This document shows, in pieces, positions 21,502 to 31,740 of a stretch of 64,000 bases of DNA (positions within the stretch are counted from its first letter, which is position 1; every line of letters starts with the position of its first letter). The translations under genes and the position numbers were made by a program. Location of the stretch: contig CAVXBU010000026.1 in NCBI GenBank assembly GCA_963760175.1, forward strand, positions 29,075 through 93,074, in the 5' to 3' direction. The notes beneath the pieces are model-generated. The model was not told the origin of the DNA, did no database searches, and saw only the letters and a list, made by a program, of their open reading frames with translations. The DNA comes from an uncultured Acidobacteriaceae bacterium. GTDB taxonomy: Bacteria > Acidobacteriota > Terriglobia > Terriglobales > Acidobacteriaceae.

Positions 21502-22890
21502 TCAGAGTTTGTTCAGGCCGTCGAGCGCCGCTACTTTGTAGGCTTCCGCCAGCGTCGGGTAGTTGAAGACGGTGTCGCGAAAATATTCGATGGTCGCTCC
21601 CATGGTCAGTACCGCTTGCCCGATGTGCACGATCTCCGCGGCGCGATCCCCGATAATGTGCACGCCCAGCAATTTGAGCGAGTCCGGATCAAACAGAATC
21701 TTCAGCAGTCCCTGATCGTCGCCCAGCATCTGCCCTTTCGCCAGTTCCGAATAGCGCGCCAGACCGCTCTCATATGCTGTCTTGCTGACGGTCAACTCTT
21801 CCTCGGTCGAGCCCACCATGGAAATTTCTGGAATGGTGTAAATGCCGTACGGAATCAGATTCGCCATCATCCGGCTGGGCTTGCCGAACATGTGACAACC
21901 CGCGAGCCGGCCCTGTTCCATCGAAGTACTGGCCAGCGCGGGGAAACCAATCACGTCGCCCGCCGCATAAATGTGCGGCACCGCGGTTTGAAAGTGTTCG
22001 TTCACCGCCAGTTTTCCGCGCGCTTCCGCGGTCAGACCAGCCACCTCGATTTTCAACTTGTCGCTGTTGGCTTTTCGTCCAATGGTGTAGAGCAGCGCCT
22101 GCCCGCGAATCTTCTTTCCACTCTCCAGCGTGGCAAAAACTTTATCGCGCTCTTCGTCGAAGCCAACCGAAACCACTTTTTCGCCGACGCGGAAAACCGT
22201 TCCCAGTTGCCGCAACTGAAAGCACAAGCTTTCGATAATTTCCCGGTCGACAAAATTCAGCAGCGTCGGACACTGGTCGATCAGCGTTACCTTCACCCCG
22301 AGAGCGGCGAACATCGACGCGTATTCCAGTCCGATAATGCCCGCGCCCACCACAATCAACTCGCGCGGTATTTCATCCAGGCAGTGCACCTGGTCCGAAT
22401 CGAAGATGCGTTTGCCGTCCACCGGAATACCATCAATGTGCGCCGGACGCGTGCCGCAGGCAATCAGGATCTTCTCGCCTCGAACCTGCTGCACTCCGTC
22501 GTCCGACACGATCTCAATCGTATGGGGATCGGCAAAGTGCGCGTCGCCTTCAAGCGCGGTCACGTAATTCCGCCGCAGCTGCGCCTTGATTACATCCACT
22601 TCCCGCGTCATCACCGCTTGCGCCCGCAGCACCAGGTCCGACATCGCGATCCGGTCCTTCACCACGTAGCCGCGCCCATAGAACGACCGCTGCCGCAAGC
22701 CGCTCAGGTAGAGCACAGCCTCGCGCATTACCTTGCTGGGGATCGTCCCGGTATGAACACAAACCCCGCCCATGGTGAGGCGCCGGTCGATGATCGCGAC
22801 CTTCTTGCGCATTTTCGCCGCGCAGATCGCGCCCTTCTGCCCCGCCGGACCGCTTCCGATCACTACCAGATCGTATTCGTTAGCCTGCAT
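21502..22890 (-). CDS. sthA: Soluble pyridine nucleotide transhydrogenase (Si-specific NAD(P)+ transhydrogenase)
   Basis: 'YDLVVIGSGPAGQKGA ... GGVCVHTGTIPSK' closely parallels E. coli SthA 'GGGCTHWGTIPSK', with a single Cys rather than a CxxxxC disulfide. 462 aa. Confidence 0.85.
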   Translation of the reverse strand: MQANEYDLVVIGSGPAGQKGAICAAKMRKKVAIIDRRLTMGGVCVHTGTIPSKVMREAVLYLSGLRQRSFYGRGYVVKDRIAMSDLVLRAQAVMTREVDVIKAQLRRNYVTALEGDAHFADPHTIEIVSDDGVQQVRGEKILIACGTRPAHIDGIPVDGKRIFDSDQVHCLDEIPRELIVVGAGIIGLEYASMFAALGVKVTLIDQCPTLLNFVDREIIESLCFQLRQLGTVFRVGEKVVSVGFDEERDKVFATLESGKKIRGQALLYTIGRKANSDKLKIEVAGLTAEARGKLAVNEHFQTAVPHIYAAGDVIGFPALASTSMEQGRLAGCHMFGKPSRMMANLIPYGIYTIPEISMVGSTEEELTVSKTAYESGLARYSELAKGQMLGDDQGLLKILFDPDSLKLLGVHIIGDRAAEIVHIGQAVLTMGATIEYFRDTVFNYPTLAEAYKVAALDGLNKL

Positions 22891-23022
22891 ATCGCAACTC
22901 GCCGCAGCACGAAACTACCATTTTCTGTCTGAATGCGGAAGTTATCTTTGGTATCGAGCTGAGAATTTAAGAGTCCTTTAACAATTTGTAACGCGTGGCG
23001 CCGGACGCCCTTGTGCGCGAGT

Positions 23023-23649
23023 TTACTTCACGCAGAACGCAACTATTGTCTGTCCACGCGGACCTCGCGTCTTCTCCAGTTGCCCCACCAGCTTCGATTC
23101 CAGGGCGTCCGTATCCGCAACCATCTCGCAGGCAGCGATCTGTTCATCAGTCGCTCCGTGATAGCAAAGCTCGCAGACCCCCAGGCCACCTTCTGCTCGT
23201 ACGGGAGGACCAAACGTGCGGCAAGTCATCGGCCTCGCGTCGTAGAGATCGCACAATCCGGTCTCCGGATCGAGCACCGGGCAAGGCTCATCATTGGCAA
23301 ATTCCGCGAAGCGCTCTTCCGCCTCCGGACCTTCGTCGAGAATGCCCGTCTTTGGATTGCCGGGAAACTCTGCCGACAAGCGCTGAATCGAATCTCGCGC
23401 ACGCTCGCGGATCCGCCCCGCTCGCTGCGGGTCCGCCTTTTCCAGATCGGCCAGCCCGCGCTGCAACCGCAACGCATCCAGTTGATTGATGGCAAACACC
23501 CCGACACAGCACTGCGTGCACCCGGGACGACACACCAGCCACTCGCCGCTACGGCGCGTGGCATCGGCCAGAGCCGCGTCGACGATCTGGATCAGGACCG
23601 AATCCGCAGCCGGTAATGGTCGCGACGGCATTCGGGAAGCATACCGCAT
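23023..23649 (-). CDS. YkgJ-family cysteine-cluster protein (UPF0153, CxxCxxCC)
   Basis: 'CRPGCTQCC' motif plus later Cys residues (CPVLD ... CDLYDARPMTCR). The start is uncertain (23649 or 23715). Confidence 0.7.
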   Translation of the reverse strand: MRYASRMPSRPLPAADSVLIQIVDAALADATRRSGEWLVCRPGCTQCCVGVFAINQLDALRLQRGLADLEKADPQRAGRIRERARDSIQRLSAEFPGNPKTGILDEGPEAEERFAEFANDEPCPVLDPETGLCDLYDARPMTCRTFGPPVRAEGGLGVCELCYHGATDEQIAACEMVADTDALESKLVGQLEKTRGPRGQTIVAFCVK

Positions 23650-23701
23650 GGCCCCGGTGGCCGGGAGCGCTCCACCCTTGCGCTCCACCCGCAAATAGTC
23701 T

Positions 23702-24898
23702 TTGATAATCCCCATGACAATTTCGCTCCGCCGACGCCTGCCCTGGCTCGTTCTCGTCGCCATCCTGTCGCTGGTGACCATAACCGCCGCCAAGGAACCC
23801 CCCAAGAACAAGTATCTGCTCTTCGTTGGCACTTACACCGAGAAGGAAAGCAAGGGCATTTATGCCTACCGTTACGATGCCGCATCCAATCAACTAACTC
23901 CTCTGGGTGTAGCGGCGGAAACGACCAATCCCTCATTCTTAGCGATCGACCCGAGTCGCCGCTTCCTGTATGCCGTAAATGAAGTGCAGAACTATAAAGG
24001 CGCGAGCAGCGGAGCGGTAAGCGCCTTTGCCATCAATCTTGGGGCTGACGGTCGTCAGACCGGCACCCTATCTCTGCTGAACCAAGTCCCCTCGCGCGGC
24101 GCTGACCCGTGTTACATCGCATTCGACAAGAGCGGAAAATACGCTCTGGTGGCCAACTATACTGGAGGAAGCGTCGCTGTGTTCCCGGTTCAGTCGGACG
24201 GCCACATCGGCGACCCTTCCGCGTTCGTTCAGCACCGGGGGTCGAGCGTCAATAAAGAACGACAGGAGGGCCCGCATGCTCATTGGATCGAAACCACGCC
24301 CGACAATCGTTTCGCGATAGCTGTCGATTTAGGCCTGGATGAGTTACTCGTCTACCACTTCGACGCCAGTAAAGGCTCCCTAACTCCAAACGATCCGCCC
24401 TACGCCAGTGTCGATCCCGGAGCGGGACCGCGCCACCTGGCTTTTCATCCCAATGGAAAATTTGCCTACGTCGTCAATGAATTGCAATCCACCATCACCG
24501 CTTTTAGCTATGATCCGGGCCGAGGCGTCCTTGAGAAACTGAAGACGGTCTCGACGCTTCCAAAAGGATTCTCCGGCAGCAACGATACGGCTGAAATTCG
24601 GGTCCATCCTAACGGTAAGTTTCTATTCGCCTCGAATCGCGGACACGATAGCATCGCCGTCTTCTCTGTCGACAGCCGCACAGGAGCCCTGACCCTTGTG
24701 GATCACTACCCGACGCAAGGGAAGACGCCGCGTAACTTCGAGATTGATCCCAGTGGAAAGCTTCTGTTCGTCGCCAACCAGGGCAGCGACAATATCGTAG
24801 TTTTTCGAATCAACTCCGACAACGGAAGACTGACGCCCACCGGCCAGACCCTCAATGTCCCCTCGCCAGTGTGCCTGAAGTTCATGCTCGCCGACTGA
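23702..24898 (+). CDS. Lactonase family 7-bladed beta-propeller protein (6-phosphogluconolactonase-like), secreted
   Basis: Signal peptide (LPWLVLVAILSLVTITAA). Repeated 'G..P.h.af.p.Gk.ayv.N' blades, e.g. GADPCYIAFDKSGKYALVANY and GAGPRHLAFHPNGKFAYVVNE. An alternative start is at 23714. Confidence 0.85.
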   Translation: MIIPMTISLRRRLPWLVLVAILSLVTITAAKEPPKNKYLLFVGTYTEKESKGIYAYRYDAASNQLTPLGVAAETTNPSFLAIDPSRRFLYAVNEVQNYKGASSGAVSAFAINLGADGRQTGTLSLLNQVPSRGADPCYIAFDKSGKYALVANYTGGSVAVFPVQSDGHIGDPSAFVQHRGSSVNKERQEGPHAHWIETTPDNRFAIAVDLGLDELLVYHFDASKGSLTPNDPPYASVDPGAGPRHLAFHPNGKFAYVVNELQSTITAFSYDPGRGVLEKLKTVSTLPKGFSGSNDTAEIRVHPNGKFLFASNRGHDSIAVFSVDSRTGALTLVDHYPTQGKTPRNFEIDPSGKLLFVANQGSDNIVVFRINSDNGRLTPTGQTLNVPSPVCLKFMLAD

Positions 24899-24914
24899 GG
24901 CGGCGCATGCGGAG

Positions 24915-24955
24915 TCAAAACAAAACGGGCCGCTCTTTGTCTCTTCGAGCGGCCC
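24915..24955 (-). terminator. Rho-independent terminator (possibly bidirectional)
   Basis: 9-bp stem GGGCCGCTC / GAGCGGCCC (24927-24935 / 24947-24955). On the minus strand it is followed by GTTTTGTTTTG. It lies between the convergent genes ending at 24898 and 24992. Confidence 0.6.
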
Positions 24956-24991
24956 AATACTTTTAAACCTCGAAACTCCTCAACTTTGAAG

Positions 24992-27148
24992 TTAGTCTCC
25001 CGCCACCGGCTCACCAACCTCGGCACTCTTGTTGGCGGCACCGTTCCCATTGGCCGGAGCGATCGCCGCAGTGATCGCTGCCAGCGGAATGAATCCACCT
25101 TCATTCGACGTTGCCGGCTTCTCTTTCAGAACAACTTCCCGATAGAGCTGCGCCATGCGCGCGTCGTAGGCCGCGTCGTTCTTGACCTTGTTGGTCTCGG
25201 CCTTCTTGTCGCGGGCCCGTGCTTTTTCTTCGCGCGCCGTCTTTGCGATCCCCAGATTATCCAGATCGTGCTGCACTTCGTGGGTAACGATCTCTTCTCG
25301 CAGGTAGAGCGCGTGCTCTTTGTCTTCCATGTTGACTTTCTTGCCGCCCGCGAAAATCTCGTGACGTCCGTGCTCCTCGTACCACTTGGTGAGGGTCGAG
25401 GTCATGTGCATCTTCTCGATGATGTTGCGCCAGCCCACGCCCGTGTTGTAAGCGCAGAAACTGATCTCGCCTTCCTGCGTGGCATAAGGAATGATGCACT
25501 GCTCGGTGCGCCGGAAGTCGTAGTTGAACAAATCCTGGAACCACATGCCGGCGATGAACAGGAAATTCCAGCGATCCTGACGGCGCTTCATCACGTCGTC
25601 AATGGTCCGGTCCGGACCAACTTTGCCGTAGTTCCGTCCCGTCGCATTGAAGTTCTTGTCGAACTTCCTCAGCAAGTCGATCATCTTGAAGTGCGTGGGC
25701 GATTGGAACGGATCGTAGTTCTTCATCAAGCAAAGCGCCATGCCGAAGGCCGTCCAGAATTTTGAACGTGCCGCGTCATTGACCTTGGCGATGTCCTTGG
25801 CGAGCTGATCGCCCTTCAAGAACGCTGTCACCGGCACTGCTTCTTTGGTTTCCTTGTCGATCATCATCGCCATGCCGGTGCCGCAATTGGGATGGCATCC
25901 GCAAGAGAGTTGACCCCAATCGTTATTCGTATCCTGGGAGTGCAGGACATCGGCCCAGTCGGAGAACGTGCTCATGAAACTGATCGGGAACCAGTCGCGC
26001 GTCGGTTCGCCGAAACCGGTCTGATTTTTTACGTCGTGCGCGAGGTGGGCTAGCGTGTAGCGCTGCGCCTGGCGGCGGTCGTCGGTGATGGCTTCGTCGC
26101 GGCCAGTGAATGAAACCGGCTGGAAGCTGAGGAAGCCGATCTTTTTGGGATTGTCGAGCGCGAACTGAATGATGCGTCCGACTTGTTCGTTGTTGATGCC
26201 GTTAATGATGGTTACGACCGGAACGATTTCGCAGCCGGCGCGATGGAGGTTGTCGATGGCCTTCAATTTCACATCGAACAAGTTGCCCACGGCGCGATGA
26301 TCGTTGGCGGCGTTGCCGATTCCGTCGAACTGGAGATACGCATAACGCATGCCGGCTTCTACGGCTTGTTGGCAGAATTCAAAACTCTTCGCGAATTCGA
26401 TGCCGTTCGTGGCGGCTTGCACGCTGTTGTATCCGACTTTGCGCGCGTAGCGGACCGCGTCGAGGAAATATGGCGACAGGGTTGGCTCGCCGCCGGAGAA
26501 CTGTACAGACATTTGCCGGCGCGGCTTGATGGTAATCGCGTTGTCGAGCACGGTCTTGATTTCTTCCCACGTCAGTTCGTGGACGTAGCCCACCTGGTTC
26601 GCGTCCATGAAGCAGGGATCGCACATCATGTTGCAGCGGTTGGTGAGATCGACGGTGAGCACCGAGCCGCGTCCATACTTCACGGTGGAAGAACCGTGGT
26701 GATGCAGCTTCTCGTCGTTGTGGGCCTTGATGTCGCGGCCGGGGAAAACTTCTTCGAGGTGTTGCGAAAACTCTGTGTCGATCGACATCAGGTCTTCGAA
26801 GTGGCCATGCTTGGCGCAGTCTTTAACCATCCAGATTTTGCCGTCGCGCTCGATGATCTGGGCCTTGATTTCTCCTACTTTTTCGTTCATCAGAACGTCG
26901 ACGGGAAGATGCCCGTCGAGAATCTGTTGCCGAATCTCAGGCACGCACTTCGGACAAAGCGAATCGGTGGAGCGGGGCCAGCCCAGCGGCGGCTTCGACT
27001 TCTCCCACGATTTGAGCAGCGGCTTGTCGGACCACTTCGGAGTCGGCGACACATTCGGAGCGATGCGGTTCAGGCGTTGAAACACAGCCCATGCGCCAGT
27101 GGCGGCAACCGTCACAACCTTCTCTACATATTTGATCGGCTTGTGCAT
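24992..27148 (-). CDS. Radical SAM protein of the COG1964 / tetraether lipid synthase (Tes, GDGT-MAS)-like type
   Basis: 'LTNRCNMMCDPCF' CxxxCxxC and 'FSGGEPTL'. N-terminal knuckle 'LCPKC ... CAKHGHF', with extra Cys clusters 'SCGCHPNCG' and 'CIIPY ... FCAYN'. The ATG at 27148 (MHKPIKY) has an upstream GAGGAAAG. Confidence 0.8.
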   Translation of the reverse strand: MHKPIKYVEKVVTVAATGAWAVFQRLNRIAPNVSPTPKWSDKPLLKSWEKSKPPLGWPRSTDSLCPKCVPEIRQQILDGHLPVDVLMNEKVGEIKAQIIERDGKIWMVKDCAKHGHFEDLMSIDTEFSQHLEEVFPGRDIKAHNDEKLHHHGSSTVKYGRGSVLTVDLTNRCNMMCDPCFMDANQVGYVHELTWEEIKTVLDNAITIKPRRQMSVQFSGGEPTLSPYFLDAVRYARKVGYNSVQAATNGIEFAKSFEFCQQAVEAGMRYAYLQFDGIGNAANDHRAVGNLFDVKLKAIDNLHRAGCEIVPVVTIINGINNEQVGRIIQFALDNPKKIGFLSFQPVSFTGRDEAITDDRRQAQRYTLAHLAHDVKNQTGFGEPTRDWFPISFMSTFSDWADVLHSQDTNNDWGQLSCGCHPNCGTGMAMMIDKETKEAVPVTAFLKGDQLAKDIAKVNDAARSKFWTAFGMALCLMKNYDPFQSPTHFKMIDLLRKFDKNFNATGRNYGKVGPDRTIDDVMKRRQDRWNFLFIAGMWFQDLFNYDFRRTEQCIIPYATQEGEISFCAYNTGVGWRNIIEKMHMTSTLTKWYEEHGRHEIFAGGKKVNMEDKEHALYLREEIVTHEVQHDLDNLGIAKTAREEKARARDKKAETNKVKNDAAYDARMAQLYREVVLKEKPATSNEGGFIPLAAITAAIAPANGNGAANKSAEVGEPVAGD

Positions 27149-27462
27149 TCTGCTCTCGCTTTCCTCTAGCTCGGGAGATTGGAACTGTCCCCACGGTCCC
27201 GCGTACGGGAACCAGTGCAAATAGACCCTTTCCACGGAGAAACCTACCTGTAAAACCCAGAAGTTTCGAAGCCTGGAATGGTCACATTGATACTATTGAA
27301 TCCGTGACATTTAGGCACGAAGAAGGCAATGAAGGGGAGAAAAACGGGGTTAAGCGGGGAAATGGGGGATTTTTTGGGGGTAAGTTGTTGAAAAGATGGG
27401 GACATGGAATGGCAGGCAGGGCTAACGGCAAAGGGTCCTTCCCGGACGGCCCCAAACGGCGA

Positions 27463-28363
27463 CTAGTTCGCGACCAGACTGTGCACTTCAGCGATGTAGC
27501 CTCCTGGAAATTCCACAATCGCGGTTGCTCGGTCGCTGGTGGAGTAAGGCACCGACAGAATCTTCACTCCTGCCGTTTTGGCCTTCACCAGCGTCGCAGC
27601 GAGATCTTTCACCTCGTATCCGGTTATCTCGTGTCCGAACGGATACGGCAAATGGCCGTCCGTCACCAAAACCTGCATATTGCCAAAGCGTGATGTAATA
27701 CGGATGCGCCGATAGGTCTCTCCCCGGCGTCCGATCTCGCCTGCGTCGGCCTGCTTGTCGTCGGCGACAACCTTGCCGCCGGCAAAGGTGACGAAAGAAC
27801 GCACAAAGTTATCGGCCTGGTCTTTCGATACGTAGACGCGGTTTTCGGGAATGGTTTCGAGCGGCGGGTTTGTGGATGGCTTGAAGTGCCAATAGAGTTG
27901 CATTTTTACGCCGCCGGGCCATTGGATGATCGCGTCGATTCCAATGGGGTCTTTGAAAGGTTCGACAATCACCTCTGCTCCAGCGGCTCGAGCAGCCTTG
28001 ATCGCCTGGTCCATGTCTGCGACCAGATATCCGGTCCGCTCATCTCCAAAGGGAAACGGAACTGGCGTCTGATACGCAAAGACCGAAATTGCGCCTACTG
28101 GGGTTAGCACGGCCTGCATTTCTGTACTGCTCGAAACGGGGGTCACGTTCGCTACGCTTCGCTTCAAAGAGCTGCCGCCGAAGGTGGCGACGAAGCTGTT
28201 CACCAACGCATCGAAGTTCTCCGGCGCGACATAGACGTGTGTCGTATCGTACTCCGGCCCCACGGCAACAGATCCGCTGTCTGCCGACTGCACCTTGGTA
28301 TCCGACGCGAACGCCCCGAGGGCCATTAACAACAGGACTTCGAGGAAAAAGTCGAGTACGCAT
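27463..28363 (-). pseudogene. Secreted tandem glyoxalase/VOC-fold protein, frame broken inside the signal peptide (about 28344-28350) as assembled
   Basis: Two repeats end like VOC domains ('IVEPFKDPIGIDAIIQWPGGVKMQLYWH', 'ILSVPYSTSDRATAIVEFPGGYIAEVHS'). ATG 28363 gives MRTRLF. A one-base correction in 'tttttcc' continues it as LEVLLLMALGAFA-SD. Confidence 0.55.
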
Positions 28364-28474
28364 TGGCCCCGTAACCTCGTCTCTTTGTGGATTTAGAGGG
28401 ACAAGCATAGCCCCGAATCCTTGCTTGTCAAGATTGTTGGCCTGGCTAGCTTGGCAGCTATTGCGTTTGGCTGG

Positions 28475-29221
28475 TCACTTTGCCGGCAGCAGATCGCCCG
28501 CGGCGAAGACATAGGTAGTCGTCTTATCCAGCTTGATATTGGAAATCTTCGAAGTTAGCGTGACCGCTCCGTCACCATTGCGCGTGGACTCTACATTCTT
28601 CATCAGCATGCGGTGCTGAGAAATGTTTGGCCCGGGCGCGAGGCCCGTGTCCCTGTTTCTGTCTGAGTCACTGCCTGGAAAGGGCGGTGCAGTCGGGTTC
28701 CTCGGCCCGGGGTATGCACCAGCGCCATCCCAAACTTTCGGATGGTTGGCGGCATCGGGCAGGCCGGCCGAGGCATCCGGATTCGTCCCCATCACTACGG
28801 GGTAATACCAGGCGGTCAGGTAAACCGTTCGCGTGAGCGAAAGCGTGATGGGCGCCGCGCCATTCTTCCACTGCGCGGAGTCCATGCGAAGGGCGAGGCG
28901 GGATGGGTCGGTTGCAGACTTCGCTACTGACTCCGTGACTTCGCCGAACAAGAGGGCGTCCCGCGGAACTACGACGCCGTTGATCAGGGTAGCGACCGCG
29001 AGTTTGGCCTGGACCTTGGTTCCGACTTCGGTTTTGCCGGCAGCCACGTTTTGCCGCATGGTCGCGGGAAGCTCGAGCGCTGCCTGAGAACCTGCTGCCG
29101 CGGGCGCAGGTTGCGAGGACGTCGGTTGGGCGAGCAGCGGCTGAGCGAGCAACGCGGAGCCGAGAACGGCTAACGCCGCGTGGCGGAGGACGATCGTTTT
29201 AGCGAATGCTTTGCTGAACAT
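28475..29221 (-). CDS. Hypothetical secreted protein
   Basis: Signal peptide MFSKAFAKTIVLRHAALAVLGSALLAQPLLAQ from ATG 29221. I recognise no motif. Confidence 0.5.
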   Translation of the reverse strand: MFSKAFAKTIVLRHAALAVLGSALLAQPLLAQPTSSQPAPAAAGSQAALELPATMRQNVAAGKTEVGTKVQAKLAVATLINGVVVPRDALLFGEVTESVAKSATDPSRLALRMDSAQWKNGAAPITLSLTRTVYLTAWYYPVVMGTNPDASAGLPDAANHPKVWDGAGAYPGPRNPTAPPFPGSDSDRNRDTGLAPGPNISQHRMLMKNVESTRNGDGAVTLTSKISNIKLDKTTTYVFAAGDLLPAK

Positions 29222-29469
29222 CTGTTCGTCCCCTTGCTGGTTGACGAAGCGGGACTGCGCTTTCGGAGCGCGGGAAAAATCTTCCTTACACAACCACCGG
29301 GATTAACATTATTGTACTCGTCCGTTCGGATGTGTAACTGACTTCACGCCGAATGATCTGTCAAGCAGGCTGTAAGAGAATTTGCAGGGCGGCTCGGCTC
29401 AGCCGGGCCGCTCCGGGTCTGGGGGTCGCCAGCCTTCTGAATGTGCGTGAATTTAGCTTGGAGTACGAA

Positions 29470-30216
29470 CTACTTCTTGAGCAACGGATCGCCCAGCGAA
29501 GACGAATCCGCAAGCACCTGCTGGAGATGAGCGCGCATGGCTTCTCGCGCCCCCTCCGGATCGCGTCGCTCGATGGCTGCCAGAATGCGCTTGTGATGGA
29601 ACTGACCGCGCTCCGGACCTCCTCGCACATTGAAAATGCGGCTGCGCTCCTCGCGCAGGAGACCGACTATCGAATCGAGGAGCGAGAGAATCAGCGGATT
29701 CGCAGCCGCTTCTGCCAGCGCCAAATGGAAATCGAGATCCGCTTCGATGTAGGCATCGGGGTCATGCTGATTGCGATCCATTACGGTGACGGCTTCCCGC
29801 ATGGTGCTCAGCAGTTGTTCCTCGATTCGGGAAGCAGCCAGACTGGCAATCTCGGGCTCGAGCACCGCCCGCAACTCGGTCAGGTTCGCCAGCCCTTCCT
29901 GCCGGTTGATGCGAATCATTAGATCGAGCGACTGCCGCATCGCGCGCGAAGTCCGATTCGTCACGAAGGTGCCGCGGCCGGAATAGGCTTCGACCAGGCC
30001 CTTCTCGCGCAAGGTCTTCACCGCTTCGCGCACCGCGGTGCGGCTTACCCCGAAGCGTTGGGCAAGGTCGCGTTCCGCCGGCAACTGGTCCCCGGGCTTC
30101 AGCTTACCCTTGAGAACGGAATCTTCCACCTGTTGCACGATCTGCTCATACAGGCGGGAGGTTTTTACTGTCCGGTAGAAAGGCTTGGAGTCTGTGGAGT
30201 CGACTGCGATTGGCAT
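29470..30216 (-). CDS. GntR/FadR-family transcriptional regulator (wHTH plus FCD domain)
   Basis: 'LPAERDLAQRFGVSRTAVREAVKTLREKGLV' GntR HTH, followed by a C-terminal all-helical FCD-like domain. ATG at 30216. Confidence 0.85.
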   Translation of the reverse strand: MPIAVDSTDSKPFYRTVKTSRLYEQIVQQVEDSVLKGKLKPGDQLPAERDLAQRFGVSRTAVREAVKTLREKGLVEAYSGRGTFVTNRTSRAMRQSLDLMIRINRQEGLANLTELRAVLEPEIASLAASRIEEQLLSTMREAVTVMDRNQHDPDAYIEADLDFHLALAEAAANPLILSLLDSIVGLLREERSRIFNVRGGPERGQFHHKRILAAIERRDPEGAREAMRAHLQQVLADSSSLGDPLLKK

Positions 30217-30302
30217 TTGACCCTCGTAATCTACGACCATGCACGGGGGAAGGTGCCAAAAATATACTACAAAATTGTGGAGTACTACAAAATTACGTAT
30301 CT

Positions 30303-31667
30303 TTACTGAATCCACACCGTTTTGATGTTCATAAACTCGCGGATCCCATTCTCAGCCAGTTCACGCCCGTGACCTGAGTACTTGACGCCACCGAATGGCA
30401 AGCGCGGATCGGACGCCACCATCTTGTTGAGAAAGACCATGCCGGCTTCGAGTTCGTTAATGAACCTTTCGGTTTCCGCGGGATCGTTGGTCCATGCGCT
30501 GGCGCCGAGCCCGAAGCGGCTGTCGTTGGCGATCTGGATGGCCTGATCCACATCCTTCGCGCGAAAAATTGACGCCACGGGACCAAACAATTCTTCCTTG
30601 TAGGCGGGCGAATCTTTCGGGATGTTGGTCAGCACCGTGGCCGCGTAGAAGTTGCCGGGACGATCGAGGGGATGGCCACCGATCAGCACTCGCGCACCGG
30701 CGGCCACGGTTTTCTTCACATCGGAATCAAGCGAGGTGACCGCGTCCGCGTTGGCGAGCGGACCGAGCTGCGTGCTCTCCTCGAACGGATCACCCACGCG
30801 CAACTCCTGCATGCGTTTGACGAACTTGCGTTCGAACTCGTCCGCAATTTTCTCGGCCACAATAAAGCGTTTGGCCGCGATGCACGACTGCCCGTTGTTC
30901 TGAATGCGGGCGTCGACCGCGGTGGCGACCGCCGCCTCCAGATCCGCGCTCGGCATCACGATGAAAGGATCGCTGCCGCCCAGCTCCAACACGACTTTCT
31001 TGACACGTTTGGCCGCCGACATTCCCACTTGAATTCCTGCCTGCTCACTGCCCGTTAACGTCGCGGCCATCACGCGAGAATCGTTCAGGATGCCATCGAC
31101 CGGCCCGGAGCCGATCAAGAGCGTCTGGAACACGCCTTCGGCAAAACCGGCGCGGCGAATAATGTCCTCAATCTTGAGCGCGCACTGCGGAACGTTCGAA
31201 GCATGCTTCAGCAGCCCGACATTGCCCGCCATCAGCGCCGGAGCCACAAAACGAAACACCTGCCAGAAGGGAAAGTTCCAGGGCATGATGGCCAGGATGG
31301 GACCAATGGGCAAGTAACGAATGAAGCTGCGCTTCGCACCGGTTTCCACAATCTCGTCGGCCAGAAATTTCTCGGCGTTCTCGGCGTAGTAGCGGCACCC
31401 CAATGCGCACTTCTGCGCCTCGGCCACGGCGGCCTTCAAAGGCTTGCCCATTTCGAGCGTCATCAGATGGGCGCACTCGTCCTTTTCTTTCTCCAGAATT
31501 TCGGCCACGCGCATCATCTTGCTTGAGCGATCCGCGAACGAAGTGCGCCGATGGTTGCGGAATGCGGAGGCGGCGAGCTGCAATTTCTGCTCAATTTGCT
31601 CCGCGGTAAGAGGCTCGAAAGTCTTGAGGACTTCGCCGGTCGCAGGATTGGTGGTCGCGATTGCCAT
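30303..31667 (-). CDS. NAD(P)-dependent succinate-semialdehyde / aldehyde dehydrogenase
   Basis: 'LELGGSDPFIV' and 'GQSCIAAKRFIV' (catalytic Glu and Cys motifs), with an 'MAIATTNPATGEV' N-terminus typical of SSADH-like ALDHs. 454 aa. Confidence 0.85.
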   Translation of the reverse strand: MAIATTNPATGEVLKTFEPLTAEQIEQKLQLAASAFRNHRRTSFADRSSKMMRVAEILEKEKDECAHLMTLEMGKPLKAAVAEAQKCALGCRYYAENAEKFLADEIVETGAKRSFIRYLPIGPILAIMPWNFPFWQVFRFVAPALMAGNVGLLKHASNVPQCALKIEDIIRRAGFAEGVFQTLLIGSGPVDGILNDSRVMAATLTGSEQAGIQVGMSAAKRVKKVVLELGGSDPFIVMPSADLEAAVATAVDARIQNNGQSCIAAKRFIVAEKIADEFERKFVKRMQELRVGDPFEESTQLGPLANADAVTSLDSDVKKTVAAGARVLIGGHPLDRPGNFYAATVLTNIPKDSPAYKEELFGPVASIFRAKDVDQAIQIANDSRFGLGASAWTNDPAETERFINELEAGMVFLNKMVASDPRLPFGGVKYSGHGRELAENGIREFMNIKTVWIQ

Positions 31668-31718
31668 GCTGATTTGTTTCCCTTCGTTGCGGCTGCGGCT
31701 TGATTATCCGCTCAACCA

Positions 31719-31740
31719 GCAGCTGCCGGCGGGCAGCTGC
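31719..31740 (-). terminator. GC hairpin downstream of the crcB-DUF190 operon (weak terminator candidate)
   Basis: GCAGCTGCC-ggcg-GGCAGCTGC, about 65 nt after the stop at 31805. There is no clear U-tract. Confidence 0.35.

Noticed and set aside
30241-30258. A sigma-54-like TGGCAC on the minus strand, upstream of the GntR gene.
   Set aside because: No TTGC(A/T) element lies at the required spacing. The nearest GC dinucleotide candidate is about 15 nt from the GG instead of 10.
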